The notes below the pieces were generated by a model. The model was not told where the DNA came from, did not search any database, and saw nothing but the letters and a program-made list of their open reading frames with translations. From positions 434,001-498,000 of the forward strand of contig CM075991.1 of the NCBI GenBank assembly GCA_038087875.1: a stretch of 64,000 nucleotides of DNA. The letters are read 5' to 3'. Both the position numbers and the translations under genes were made by a program. This DNA is from Malacoraja senta. Taxonomy: Eukaryota. Positions 51,421 through 63,180 of the stretch are shown here, one piece after another; positions within the stretch are counted from its first letter, which is position 1, and every line of letters begins with the position of its first letter.

Positions 51421-53545
51421 TCGGCACTGAGCCGAGGCCGGGGCCAAAGGAGCAAAGGTCGTGGCCAATATGTGGGAATTAGATTGACCAACCTGCACCT
51501 TGTCCGCCCACTCCTTAAACACCAAGGCAGTTCCAACCAGAGATAAGGAAGGGGCGAGAAAGAGAGAGCGAGAGAGAGATTCCTTCTCGTTACTATTGTC
51601 CTTCACTATAACTAAATGACATCACGAGTTCACCTGCCACGAGGGTTTGGGTGAAGTGATTGTCATCCCCAACACCACTACACTCACACATCGTTGCCTC
51701 TGTATTTGAAATCTCCTGCTGCAATTGCCGACAGGCTATCACTGCCCACACACGCGTTACTTTGCCTACCCATGCAGACAACTTCCCATTCATCCAGCAT
51801 GCTGCATCTGCCATGTTTGTCCAAATTGCCTCGAAGCCCCTGCATCCTCCTCACCACTCATCATCCCAGCCAGCTTTGTTTTGGCAGCCAAGATAGAAAC
51901 ACCACCTCTGCTTCCCTTATCTGAATCTTTGACACACATCATGAATCACTGGGCCACGAGTACAGATACATCTAATTTATATATATTTAAATACAATCCT
52001 TTGTGGTTAGACACAAAATGCTGGAGTAACTCAGTGGGACTGAAGTCTGAAGAAGGGTCGAGACCCGAATCGTCACCCATTCCTTCTCTCCAGAGACGCT
52101 GCCTGTCCCACTGAGTTACTCCAGCATTTTATCTCTATCTTCCGTTTAAAGCAGCATCTGCAGTTCCTTCCTACACTGTTCCTCATGGTTACTGTTTACC
52201 AACCAATTTTCAAGCACACATGCTTTAATTTTGAACGCACATCTTTTATGTAGCTGTATACATTTGAGGTATACAAAGTGCAGTACCTCAGAAAATTAAT
52301 GCATATGGGTGTATTTAGACTGTCCTAAGGTCCCACATAATGGCAAGACCCCAACAGACCCCAATCATTGAAGATAGAGGGCATCCTCTACGATAATCCT
52401 CAACACTGGTGCTCCACAGATATGTTTCCTCACCCCTTTACTCCGTGTACGCCCACGACTGCAGCCAAGTACAAATCCAATCCAATTTACAAATTTGCAG
52501 ACAACCCCACTGTTATGGGCAGGATATTAAATAACGGGATTTCAGCTGCAGGGGATGGTTGGACACATTTGGATTGCTTTCTCTGGAATGTCGAAGAGTG
52601 AGAGGAGACCTGATTGAAGTATATAAAATTATGAGAAGCATAAATAAGGTAGTCTGTGAGAACCTTTTCCCTCGGGTGGAAATATCAACGATTAGAGGGC
52701 ATAGCCTTCCAATGAATGGGACAATGTTTAAAGAAGATGAATGGGGCGAATTTTTTACCCGGTGGTGTGTGGTGGTGTGTATCTGCCAGGGATGGTAGTG
52801 GAGACAGAAACGATAGAGGCATTTAAGAAGGTTTTAAATAGGCACATGGATATGCAGGGAATGGAGGGATATGGATCACCTGCAGGCAGAGGAGATTCAT
52901 TTAATTTGGGAATCTGTCGGGTACAGACATTGTGGGCTGAAGATTCTGTTCCTGGGCTGTACTGTTCTATGGTCTATGACTGGCATCTTGTTTAGCACGG
53001 ACATTGCGGGTCAAAGGGCCTGTTCCTGTACTTTACCGTTCTATGTCCTATTTATTTTAGCAGCTAAAACATCCAAAAACCCTACAGGTTTGTCAAATAT
53101 TCCCTTTTATAAACCGATGCTGACTTTGCTGACATGAGGTAAACAGGTCCATGGCACCGACATTCTCCTTCCTTCTCGTCGTGGGATTACATTGCTAGGC
53201 CTCCAATCTGTAGGAACTGTTCCATCATCTGGAGAATCCTCGGACACGACATCAGTGCACCCACTGATGTCCTTCTCTGTGGACACATTATCAGGCACTG
53301 AAAATAAACTGGCTTTCACTCCATCATTGGTTTATTTTACTTCGGAGTCACGTGAGTGACTACGTGAAGAACCCCGCCAGTGCGCCTGCGCGTCATTACG
53401 TCAGACGCCTTGACGCAAACGGACGTGAGGAGCAGAGCTCCTCCAGTGGTTTGTAGTTTTTCAACTACAAGGTAAGTAAAAACTTTTTTCAGGTTTTCCA
53501 GGTCCGTTTACTGTGGGTCTATGGGGATTTTTTCCACAGACGCCA

Positions 53546-54800
53546 TGTAAAAAACGCACAGGGGGAAGAGGCGAGCGACACAGCCGACAGAAAGTCGGGA
53601 AAGTCGGGAGTCCACGGTTAGAGACCAACCGCCTCTAAACCCCGGTACAGTCGCCAGCGGTGAGCATAGCGACTGTGGACCTGGGGCTGGTGAAAACACA
53701 GTCAGCGCCTGTCGGGCAAAAGACAACGTTTAAATCCCAACGGCCCACGGAGGGAGTCCCAGGCAATGGAAGTAGCTCCAGGGCTAGATACTGCTTTCAA
53801 GCGTATTGCCCAAATAGAAAGCCTTTTACACAGGCTGTTGGAGCAAGTTCACTCAGGGAGGAGTGTACTGAAAGCCAAGCTGCTGGAAACAGCTCAAACA
53901 GCCCCTGGTACAGGGCTAGATACTGCTTTCGAGCGTATTGCCCAAATAGAAAGCCTTTTTCATAGGCTTTTGGAGCAAAGTTCACTCAGGAAGGAGTGTA
54001 CTGTAATCCAAGCTGCAGGAGCAGCTTAACAGCACCTGGTTCAGGGCTGATGGAATGCACCCTCAGGAATGAGGAGCGTGCTACGGGTCATGAGATTTCA
54101 GACCCCGACTCTGACGGTGAGGCTGTACAAGGCGATGAACGGCAGCTGCCAGATGTTCCACCCCTGGCAGTAGGATTCGCTGCCCCGTCAGGGTCAGGAG
54201 AGCCATTAGGAGAAGAACTGGCCTCCTTAATAAATTACTTGGTTTACCATTAGCTGGAACAGCAGGAGATGGATGAGACGGCAAGAAGGCAGGAGACCCC
54301 AAGTAACTGTGGGTTGCTAAAAGCAGCAGCAGTGAACCAAATTATCTGGGATCAGTTGCAGAGAATATTAAAGCTGCTGGGTTCTGGAAAAACTGCTTTT
54401 ACCAGAATAGCAGGTAACAACCATAAGATGACGAAGTTGCATCAGCAAGCACTGGGGTTCCTATGCAGCACCCACTTCGAGATCAATTATCTGAGGAAAG
54501 TGCTATACGGCCTACTATGAATCCGAAATTCGCTGCACTCTGCAAACCAAGTAATATACAATTACCCAACTTACTCTTTGGAGAGGATCTCGGGAGACGT
54601 ATTACAGAGTTGGAAGATGAAGCGAAAACAGGATTGATAAATACATCAATGGTTGCAAAGTCTGTAAAGAGGAAGTATCCTTTCAGACGTCATACGGATC
54701 CTAGACCAGGACCAAGTCGCTCATCAACGCAGGGACGTAGCTGGCGGCCTGCAGCGGGAGTAAGGACCAGTGGTGGTGCTTCCGGGAGAATCCAGGGATC
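53546..54800 (+). pseudogene. DIRS gag-like ORF1 remnant
   Basis: Fragments PSNCGLLKAAAVNQIIWD and LLFGEDL, broken by stops and frameshifts. Boundaries approximate. Confidence 0.7.
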
Positions 54801-56626
54801 TCAGAATACTCAAATGACTCGAGAGGTAGGTGGACCTGGTTCTCAGGAGAACATACTAACTGGATTAAGTCCAAAAGTTGGAGGCAGATTACGTCTCTTC
54901 TATAAACATTGGAAGAAGATTACTTCAGATGTGGTAATTCTGAATAATATACAAGGATTTCGAATTGAATTCAATCCAAATTATGATTTGCCTGTCCAGC
55001 ATGTTCCCAGCAGAACTCTCCACTTTGCGAAGTAATGGAGGTTCAAGTTGCGCTTCAAAACCCTATATATAAAAGGTGTTATTGAAGAATCAGTCTACCA
55101 AATTCACCAATTTGGGTCAAATATATTCCCTCGATCAAAAAAGGATGGAGGATGTAGGATTATTATAGACTTGACAAGTCTGAATACTTTTGTTCAGTGT
55201 CTGTTCACTTGCAAGATATGAAGTATTTTAAATTTACATGGATGAACCAATTAGGGCAGTTCAAAGCTCTGCCTAAAGGGTTAACGTTCCCTCCCAGAAT
55301 ATTCATAAAAATCAATTCTGGGGTTGCTGAGAGCCAGGGGCATGTACTAATGGCATACCTGGATGATGTCCTGATTATAGGAAGGACAAAACAGTCAACA
55401 GAAGCATCTGTTGCAGTAATAAAATCAAACTTTTGAAAGTTTGGGGGTTTCTAAATTCATCCAAAGAAATCAAGGTTAAAAACATGTACCTCGATTAATT
55501 ATTTGGGGTTCACAATTGATTTAGCCCAAATGCAAATTACTTTGCCCAGTGAAAAAAGGGTGGAGTTGATTAAAGATTGCAGTAATCTGTTAAACGAGCT
55601 AAAACCTCTAATCAGACAGGTGGCTCGAGTACTGGGAAAATTAGTAGATTCCCAGCAGTCCAGTATGGACCATTACATTATCAACAGCTGCAGACAATTA
55701 AAGAACAGGCACTGAGAGTAAATGCTGGTCATTTTGATAGAACCATGCAAGTAACAACAAATGCTGTTTCTAAGCTGCAGTGGTGGATTCAACATGTCTC
55801 AAGCAGTTCAGGCAAAGTGCTGATTGAACAACCTTCCATGATATTACAAACTGATGCCAGTGCACTAGGATGGGGTGCAACTGACTTAACATGGAGCTGC
55901 AGAGGCAGATGGAATCAGGAAAAGTTAGTGTTACTGCAGACATGGGGAATTCCCTATTTGGAGCTTTTAGGAGGTTTCTATGGACTCCAAGTTTATGGTT
56001 CTAACACAACTAAAAGGAAGGTTCAAGTTCAAATTAATAAACACAACAGTAGTTGCCTATATTAATGATATGGGTGGAATTAAGTCGGTGTCATGTGACA
56101 AAATGGTTAAATCAACTTGGGTCTTGGTGTATTGAAAAGAACATTTGGATTTCAGCTATCTATCTACCAGGTAGAATGAACACGATAGCAGACACCAGGT
56201 CACGAAAAGTTCCATGATAATAAAGAATGGATGTTGAATCAAGAGGTATTCAATGATATAGTAATCAGATTTGGAATGACCGACATCGACTTGAATCATC
56301 AGCTATCGAGATATGTCTCATGGAAACCAGATCCAGGAGCAGTGGCGATTGATGCTTTCTCGCTACATTGGGGTGGTATGTTTTCATATATATTTCCACC
56401 TTTCTGCCTCATAAGCCAATGTTTGCTTAAAATCAGGCAAGATGCTGCTTCAAGGGTATTGGTAGTACCAGATTGGCCTACACAGCCATGGTATCTGTTG
56501 ATATTAGAATTAACAACACAAATGTTGATGAAAGTCCCAAAAAGGAGTAATTTATTGCTGCACCCTGTAACAGGGTAACAACATCCATTATGTGATCGTT
56601 TGGATTTGTTGATTTGCAGGTTTTAA
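54800..56626 (+). pseudogene. DIRS pol remnant (RT, RNase H, methyltransferase-like domain)
   Basis: Fragments VGGRLRLFYKHW, KKDGGCRIIIDL, MAYLDDVLI, LQTDASALGWGA and DAFSLHW..YIFPPF..VVPDWPTQPWY, with multiple disruptions. Confidence 0.88.
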
Positions 56627-56628
56627 GA

Positions 56629-57592
56629 ATGCCTTTTCTGGGACGAGGACTGTCTGAGCGTACTGTGGACATGCTTACGGCAGCCGGGAGGAAGAGCACT
56701 CAAAAACAGTACCTTTCTTATATTAAGAAATGGGAAGAGGTCTGTGTACAAAAGAATGTTCAATAAAGTACTGCAGATATTTCAAATGTTTAGAATTTCT
56801 GTCAAAACTTTATTATGATGAAGGTCTGAGTTGTAGTGCAATTAATTCAGCCAGAAGTGCATTGTCCTCATATTTGGTTCTGGATTCAGAAAGAAACTCA
56901 ATTGGGTCACACCCAATTGTTTCCAGACTAATGAAAGGAATCTTTAATTCCAAACCACCGAAACCTAGGTACGTGACAATCTGGGATGTAAGTGTGGTAC
57001 TGAAACTACTTTGTGAATGGTCATAAAGTGTGTCTTTACCTTTGGTCAAGCTCAGTATGAAGGTATTCATGCTTATGGCATGAGTGACAGCACAACGAGT
57101 GCAAACACTTGGAAAATTACAAATAGACAGTATGGAAGTAACTGAAGACAAGGTTACATTCTATATCTTTGACCTACTAAAGTAAATTAGGCCAGGTGTG
57201 ACAGGATTTAAAATTATGCTAGCAGCATATCCAAATGATCCATGTCTCTGTATTAAGACATATCTGTTACAATACATTGAGGTCACAAAGAATTTGAGAA
57301 TACGGAAACTGGGTTGTTGATCACACACAAGAAACCACACAAGAGAGTTTCAATACAGACTATTTCCAGATGGATAAAAGAAGTCTTAACAGCTGCTGGT
57401 ATTAACACTTATGTTTTTACGTCTCACTCGACTAGGGCAGCAGAAACGTCGGCGGCCAGGGCAAAAGACGTCCCCGTCGATCATATCCTCGCAGCCGCCG
57501 GGTGGTCCAATGAGTTGATGTTTCAACATTTTTACCATCGGCCTATTGTTAATGCGGGATTGTTTGCAGAAACTATTTTAAGTTCTGTGTAA
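56629..57592 (+). pseudogene. DIRS tyrosine recombinase remnant
   Basis: Fragments STQKQY..W, SAINSARSALS, GSHPIVSRLMKGIFN.KPPKPRY..WDV and HSTRAA...AAGWS....FQHFY, with in-frame stops. Confidence 0.9.
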
Positions 57593-58960
57593 ATTCCTCT
57601 GGTTTAAAGGGGATCTGATTCATTTCATTATTGAAATGAATTACTGCATTTGTGGTACAAATGTTATTATGAATGCATGATTGATTATTCTCGTTCCGAG
57701 TCAATCTATGCAGTGAGAAGCCGGGATTGATCCACGGCATGAAATCACAAAGCTTTAAAATCTTCACGTAGTCACTCACGTGACTCCGAAGTAAAATAGT
57801 AAGATTAAACGAGAACTTACCTAAGTTTGAAGTTTGATCTTTATTTTATGAGGAGTTACGTAGGTGATTACATGCCCACCACGACCCTACCCTCTATCAT
57901 AAAGGTCAGATGGAAGTTCTTGTATTACTCGTTTTATTATGAGACTATATTACTTCGGTTGTTGTTTTTTGTGATTTCACACCGCTGCTTTGAAGATTGA
58001 CGCGCAGGCGCACTGGCGGGGTTCTTCACGTAATCACCTACGTAACTCCTCATAAAATAAAGATCAAACTTCAAACTTAGGTAAGTTCTCGTTTAATCTT
58101 ACTATTTTTTACCAGTGCTAATTACCACCATCCAAGACTGCAAGAAATTGCAGAGAATTGTGAACACAGCCCAGACCATCATCCCTTCCATTGACTCCAT
58201 TTATATCTAACACTACCTCGGCAAGGCCAGCAGCATAATCAAGGACGAGTTGCACCCCGGCCACTCCCTCTTCTCCCCTCTCCCATCAGGCAAAATGTGT
58301 AGGTGTGAAAACACACACCTCCTGATTCAGGGACAGTTTCTTCCCAGCTGTTATCAAGCAACTGAATCATCCTACCACAACCTGAGAGCAGGGCTGAACT
58401 ACTATCTACATCTTTGGTGACCCTCGCAGTTTCCCTGAACAGACTTTGGTGGCGTTACCTTGCACGAAACATTATTCCCTTGTACTAGACTGTAAATGGA
58501 CACTTGATGTACGGCTCGATTGTAATCATGTATTGACTTTCTGCTGACTGGCTACACACAACAAAAGCATTTCACTGTACCTGGGTACACGGGACAATCA
58601 ACTCAACTAAACTTGAAGTCTTCCTTTTGATTGGACTCTGGTTGCCAACCATTTCTGGGAACATACTTGTTCCCGCTTACATGAAGTCAGAAGCGACGTA
58701 TTGGTTTAATTTAATTATCCTGCTACTTCTTTGTCCCATTACAAATTCTCCCATTTCTGACTGTAAGATACCCACATTTATCTTCTACAAGATATTTGTG
58801 TTCACGTACATGGTGGGCTGGTGCTAAACTATTGTGACAGGATTGACTTGCACCAATTGTTCAGCAGGGTGGGAGATTCTGTCTGACTAATTTGACAGTG
58901 TTTGTTGTAACAAAATGTATGGCTGAGAGCAGTGTGGTGGGTGGACTATAGTCAGGCTTT

Positions 58961-59108
58961 TGACAAGGCTGGGCTAGAGGGTAGAGCATGTGGATCCGGG
59001 GCAAGTTGGTGACAAGGCTGGGCTAGAGGGTAGAGCATGTGGATTCGGGGCAAGTTGGTGACAAGGCTGGGCTAGAGGGTAGAGCATGTGGATCCGGGGC
59101 AAGTTGGC
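58961..59108 (+). repeat. 3 x 49-bp tandem repeat within an old CR1 fragment
   Basis: tgacaaggctgggctagaggg recurs at 58961, 59010 and 59059. Confidence 0.92.
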
Positions 59109-59282
59109 AAAGTGAATCCAAAGTTATTTTGGTGATAGCAGACAGAGGGTATTGACTGATTCAGAGACAGGGAGCAACACTGGGACCATTCCTGTTTCTT
59201 GTAAACATTTATAGCTTGCGTATGAATGTGAGAAGTAAGATTCCCACTTCTCACGCCATGTTTGCAGATGACACATGGTGTT

Positions 59283-61962
59283 CAAGATGAGTCAAGATGG
59301 AATAGTGGTGGAAACGGCCTCATGGATTGGCCATCTGCCAGTGACCTCACGCTTCTGTATGATCCAAAGGAGCCAAACAGCTTCCATTCAGCCCGCTGGA
59401 ACACTGGTACGAACCCAGACCTTTGCCAGTAACACAAAGAACCATCAGCCACCAACGCACTGGGTTCTGGAGAAGTTCCCACGGTCACAACACCGACCAT
59501 CACTCATCACCGCAACACCAGCCATCAGCCATGATCATATTGAATGGCGGTGCAGGCTCGAAGGGCCGAATGGCCTACTCCTGCACCTATTTTCTATGTT
59601 TCTATGTTCTATGTTTCTACCACTGGTTGCACCAACATCGAGCAAACCTGTGAAGCGGTGGAACTTCCGCAAGGCCGACTGGGACAAGTTCCAACGCAGC
59701 TGCCTTGGGCCTTCCTCCCCCAGACAGTACCAACCTGGACTCTTCCTACCAAGCCTACTGCAACATGCTTATCAGGGCAGGCAAGAAAACCACCCCTCAT
59801 GGCTACCAGAGGCATTACATTCCATGTTGGGATGATGAGTGTCAACAGCCATATGAAGATCATACTGCTGCTGGCACCAAAGAGGATTCTGAAACCACTG
59901 CCACTACACTGCTCACACGCTTGGATGAGAAATGACAAGAATGCTGGATTGAGACGGTTGAATCGATCGACTTCACCCACTCGAGCCGTAAAGCATGGCA
60001 CACAGTCAACCGCCTGACCGGCAGAACGACATCCAAATGCCTCGTGACCGCCAACGCAATCGCATCTCAACGTCAAGAATGGTTGATTCACAAACCCTGA
60101 CCGTGATTTCTCACGCAAAGTGAGCAAAAAGGTGGCCGAGTCATGGAAAACTGAGTGGATACGGACCTAACAATGGCTTTCACCTCCGGGGAAATGGCCA
60201 CAGCATTCAATATGTGGAAAGCAGGAAAGGCCCCCGGATCTGACAGCATACACCCGGAGTTTCTACTACATTCTGAAAACGTTGCTACCAACTGGATCCG
60301 ACAGTACCTGTCGACCTCCATGGAGAAGTGCACAATACCAAAGATCTGGCGTCGTGCAACAGTCATCGCTCTCCCGAAGCCGAACAAGCCAAAGGATGAT
60401 CCTAAAAGCTACCGGCCCATCTTGCTCCTCTGCATCCCATACAAACTCCTTGAGAGACTGATCCATGAGTGTATAGACCCTCAACTACCCCACGAGCAGG
60501 CTGGTGTCCACCAAGGTCGATCTACAGCGGACCAGGTAACCCTCCTCACCCAAGACATCGAGGACTGATTTGAGGCAAATGAGAAGGCAGGAGCTGTTCT
60601 TATAGATCTGACAGCTGCCTATGACACCATGTGGCACCGGGGACTAACTGCAAAGCTACTTCGGGTGCTGGCAGACAGGCGCATGCTACACTACATCATG
60701 GAGCTGATATCAAACCGCAGCTTTGTGCTTAACAACAGTGATCTTAAGACAGTAAGCTACGTAGACTGAAGAATGGCGTCCCACAGGGATCCGTCTTGGC
60801 TCCGCTGCTTTTCAAAGTGTACATCCATGACCTCCCAGAGACCATCGCTGGAAAATATGGGAATGCTGACGATCTAGCCATCCTGATGAGACACAAAGTG
60901 TGGAAGACAATTGAAAGCTCCTTGAGTCAAGACATGGGGACTTTGGTAGTATACTTACGACAGTGGCGTCGAAAGCTGAGCGAAGGCATTACAGTGTCAA
61001 CAGCATTCCATCTAAACTACACGGAAGCTAAGTTAGAACTAGCTGTTTTCGTTAACAACTGGAGCTTGGACTTCCAACAAACACCTACTTACCTCGACGT
61101 AAAGCCGGACAGGTCGTTTACATTTCGTCAACACCTGGCTGGTCACGACATGGCCATGTAACGGCCTCATCCAACACCTGGCAGGAACAAGTTGGGGAGC
61201 CAGCCCATCAACTCTTCGCACCTCTGCCTTAGCTCTTGTGTATGCCCCAGCTGAGTACTGCACACCCATATGGAGTAGAAGTAGACATACTAGCCTGGTA
61301 GACACGAGCCTGAACAGCACCTTGTGAACCATCACTGGGTGCCTTCAACCTACTCCAGTCGAGCAGCTCCCTATACTTGCAGGCATTCCGCCTGCAGGGA
61401 TCCGAAGGCAAGCAGCAACTCTGGCACTGTCTCATCGTGCCATGGACCCAGATCACCTCCTCCATCAGGCTATCAGCAGAGAGCAGAGGCCACCCTGACT
61501 GAAGTCCTGTCACCCCTTTGTCCACATGGAAAACAACTCCTAGCATCCATCCAGCCAACTGAGACAAAAGCACACTGGATAGCCACCAAGTGGTCACAGG
61601 AGTGGAAGGCAACCTCATCTCCATTACACAGCTACATCTCTTCACCAGATAAAAGCTGTCCAGGGTCTGAGCTCCCCAGAGGAGCAAGGGTGAAGCTCAA
61701 CAGACTTGGTACTGGAGTTGGGCGTTTCAACGCCAGCGTGTGGAGATGGGGGCTCCCTCCGCCAGAGCCCAGCCTGTGAATGCGGAGCAGAACAACAGAC
61801 AGCCAACCATGTCATCTCTGGGTGCCCGCTCTACCACCCACCAAATGGAGCTGTGTCAGGGCCTGGCAGACATTGACGCCAACAGAGACAACAACCTGGC
61901 TGCTCAACACCCGGCTTGAGATCTAACTATTCCTTTGGTTTCTGTTCCATTTGCAATAAAAT
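59283..61962 (+). mobile_element. 5'-truncated Ingi/Vingi-like (I-group) non-LTR retrotransposon, degenerate
   Basis: Endonuclease tail (SFHSARWNTGTNPDL), RT (SYRPILLL, DLTAAYD, PQGSVLAPLLF, ADD) and a C-terminal CECG..H...C zinc motif, with no RNase H seen. The 10-bp TSD acatggtgtt lies at 59273-59282 and 61963-61972. Clade assignment is from memory of motifs. Confidence 0.75.
59526..59619 (+). mobile_element. Short CR1 3' end nested in the Vingi-like element
   Basis: Matches the CR1 tail at 5683-5765 and ends in (ttctatgt)n. Confidence 0.85.
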
Positions 61963-62018
61963 ACATGGTGTTGAGAGGCTGAATCTTTTTTATTTTGCAT
62001 TCATATTTTTTATTAAAA

Positions 62019-62330
62019 TTTAGTTTAGTTTAGAGATACAGCACGGAGACAGGCCCTTCGGCCCACCGAGTCCACACCGACCAGCGATCTCTGCACACTA
62101 ACACTATCCTACACACCAAGGACAATTTACAACTTTTACAGAAGCCAATGAACCTACAAAACTGTACGTGATTGGAGTGTGGGAGGAAACCGGAGCACCC
62201 GGAGAAAATCCATGTAGGTCACGGGGAGAATGTACAAACTCCGTAGAGACAGCACCCCGTAGTCAGGGTCGAACCCAGGTCTCTAGCGCTGTGAGGCAGC
62301 AACTCTATTACTGCGCCGCTGTGCTCCCCC
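62019..62330 (-). mobile_element. HE1-like V-SINE (further copies at about 4570-4690, 15830-15975, 17455-17745, 21065-21357, 28290-28560, 37712-37894)
   Basis: Reverse-complement copy. Confidence 0.87.
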
Positions 62331-62724
62331 CCAATTTAGTGACCCTGTTTTGTTCATTGTGTTAGCTATTGAGGACTGTATTTACAGACCTGTTGTGCTG
62401 CTGCAATTAGGAATTTCATGCTTCCATTCTGATACATATGACAATAAAACACTCTTGACCTCAGAATGATACTGATCGAGTGGCAAGTCGGGCTGAGCTG
62501 CGGCAGATGGAATTTAATTCCAGTAAGCGTGAGGTGATGCATCTTGAGCAGATTTTAATAAAACGAGGACATACACAAGGATAGTGCCCCGTGTGATATT
62601 GAGGAGCAGAGCGTTTCTGGAGGTGAAGACTAGAGATGAGAGAAGGTGGCCGCACTGGTAGATAAGGTGGTGATGAAGGCATAAGGGGGGCTTGCTATCA
62701 TCAACCAGGGTTACAATATGACAG

Positions 62725-63180
62725 AAGATAGACACAAAATGCAGGAGTAACTCACCGGGACAGGCAGCATCTCTGGAGAGAAGAAATGGGTGACTTTTCA
62801 GGTCGAGACCCTTCTTCAGACTGATGTCAGGGGTGTGGGAGATGCATAGATAAGGAAGTGTAATGGTGTGAAAATAGGACAAAGGGAATGGAGATCAATG
62901 AAAATGTAGAATAGATCAATGTTAGCTGGCAGAAGGTAACAACAACACAGCAAACAGAGATCAAATGTAGTCGTAAGACTGGTGGGAGAACTGAGAAGGG
63001 GGAGGGATGGAGAGAGAGGGAAAGCAAAGGCTACTTGAAGTTAGAGAAGTCAATGATCATACCACTGGGGTGTAAGCTGCCCAAGCAAAATATGAGGGGC
63101 TGTTCCTCCAATTTGCGCTGGGCCTCAGTCTGACAATGGAGGAGGCCCAGGACAGAAAGGTCAGATTGGGAATGGGAGTG
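62725..63180 (-). mobile_element. Penelope-like 3' fragment with terminal repeat
   Basis: Same endonuclease C-terminus and gacccttcttcagac tail as the other copies. Confidence 0.8.

Larger units (their letters stand above)
53331..58108 (+). mobile_element. DIRS1-type tyrosine-recombinase retrotransposon, complete architecture, coding-defective
   Basis: gag-like, RT (YLDD), RNase H (TDAS..GWG), methyltransferase-like and tyrosine recombinase remnants occur in order. Inverted terminal repeats plus an internal complementary region (57761-57871) match both ends. Confidence 0.95.

Noticed and set aside
50641..51536. Three long overlapping Cys/Trp-rich ORFs (184-262 aa)
   Set aside because: They are products of a stop-free 70-bp minisatellite; the same peptides cycle through all three frames.
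56629..57592. Phage integrase or bacterial contamination suggested by recombinase and methylase motifs
   Set aside because: Both are normal DIRS1 domains inside ITR/ICR-bounded termini embedded in host repeats.
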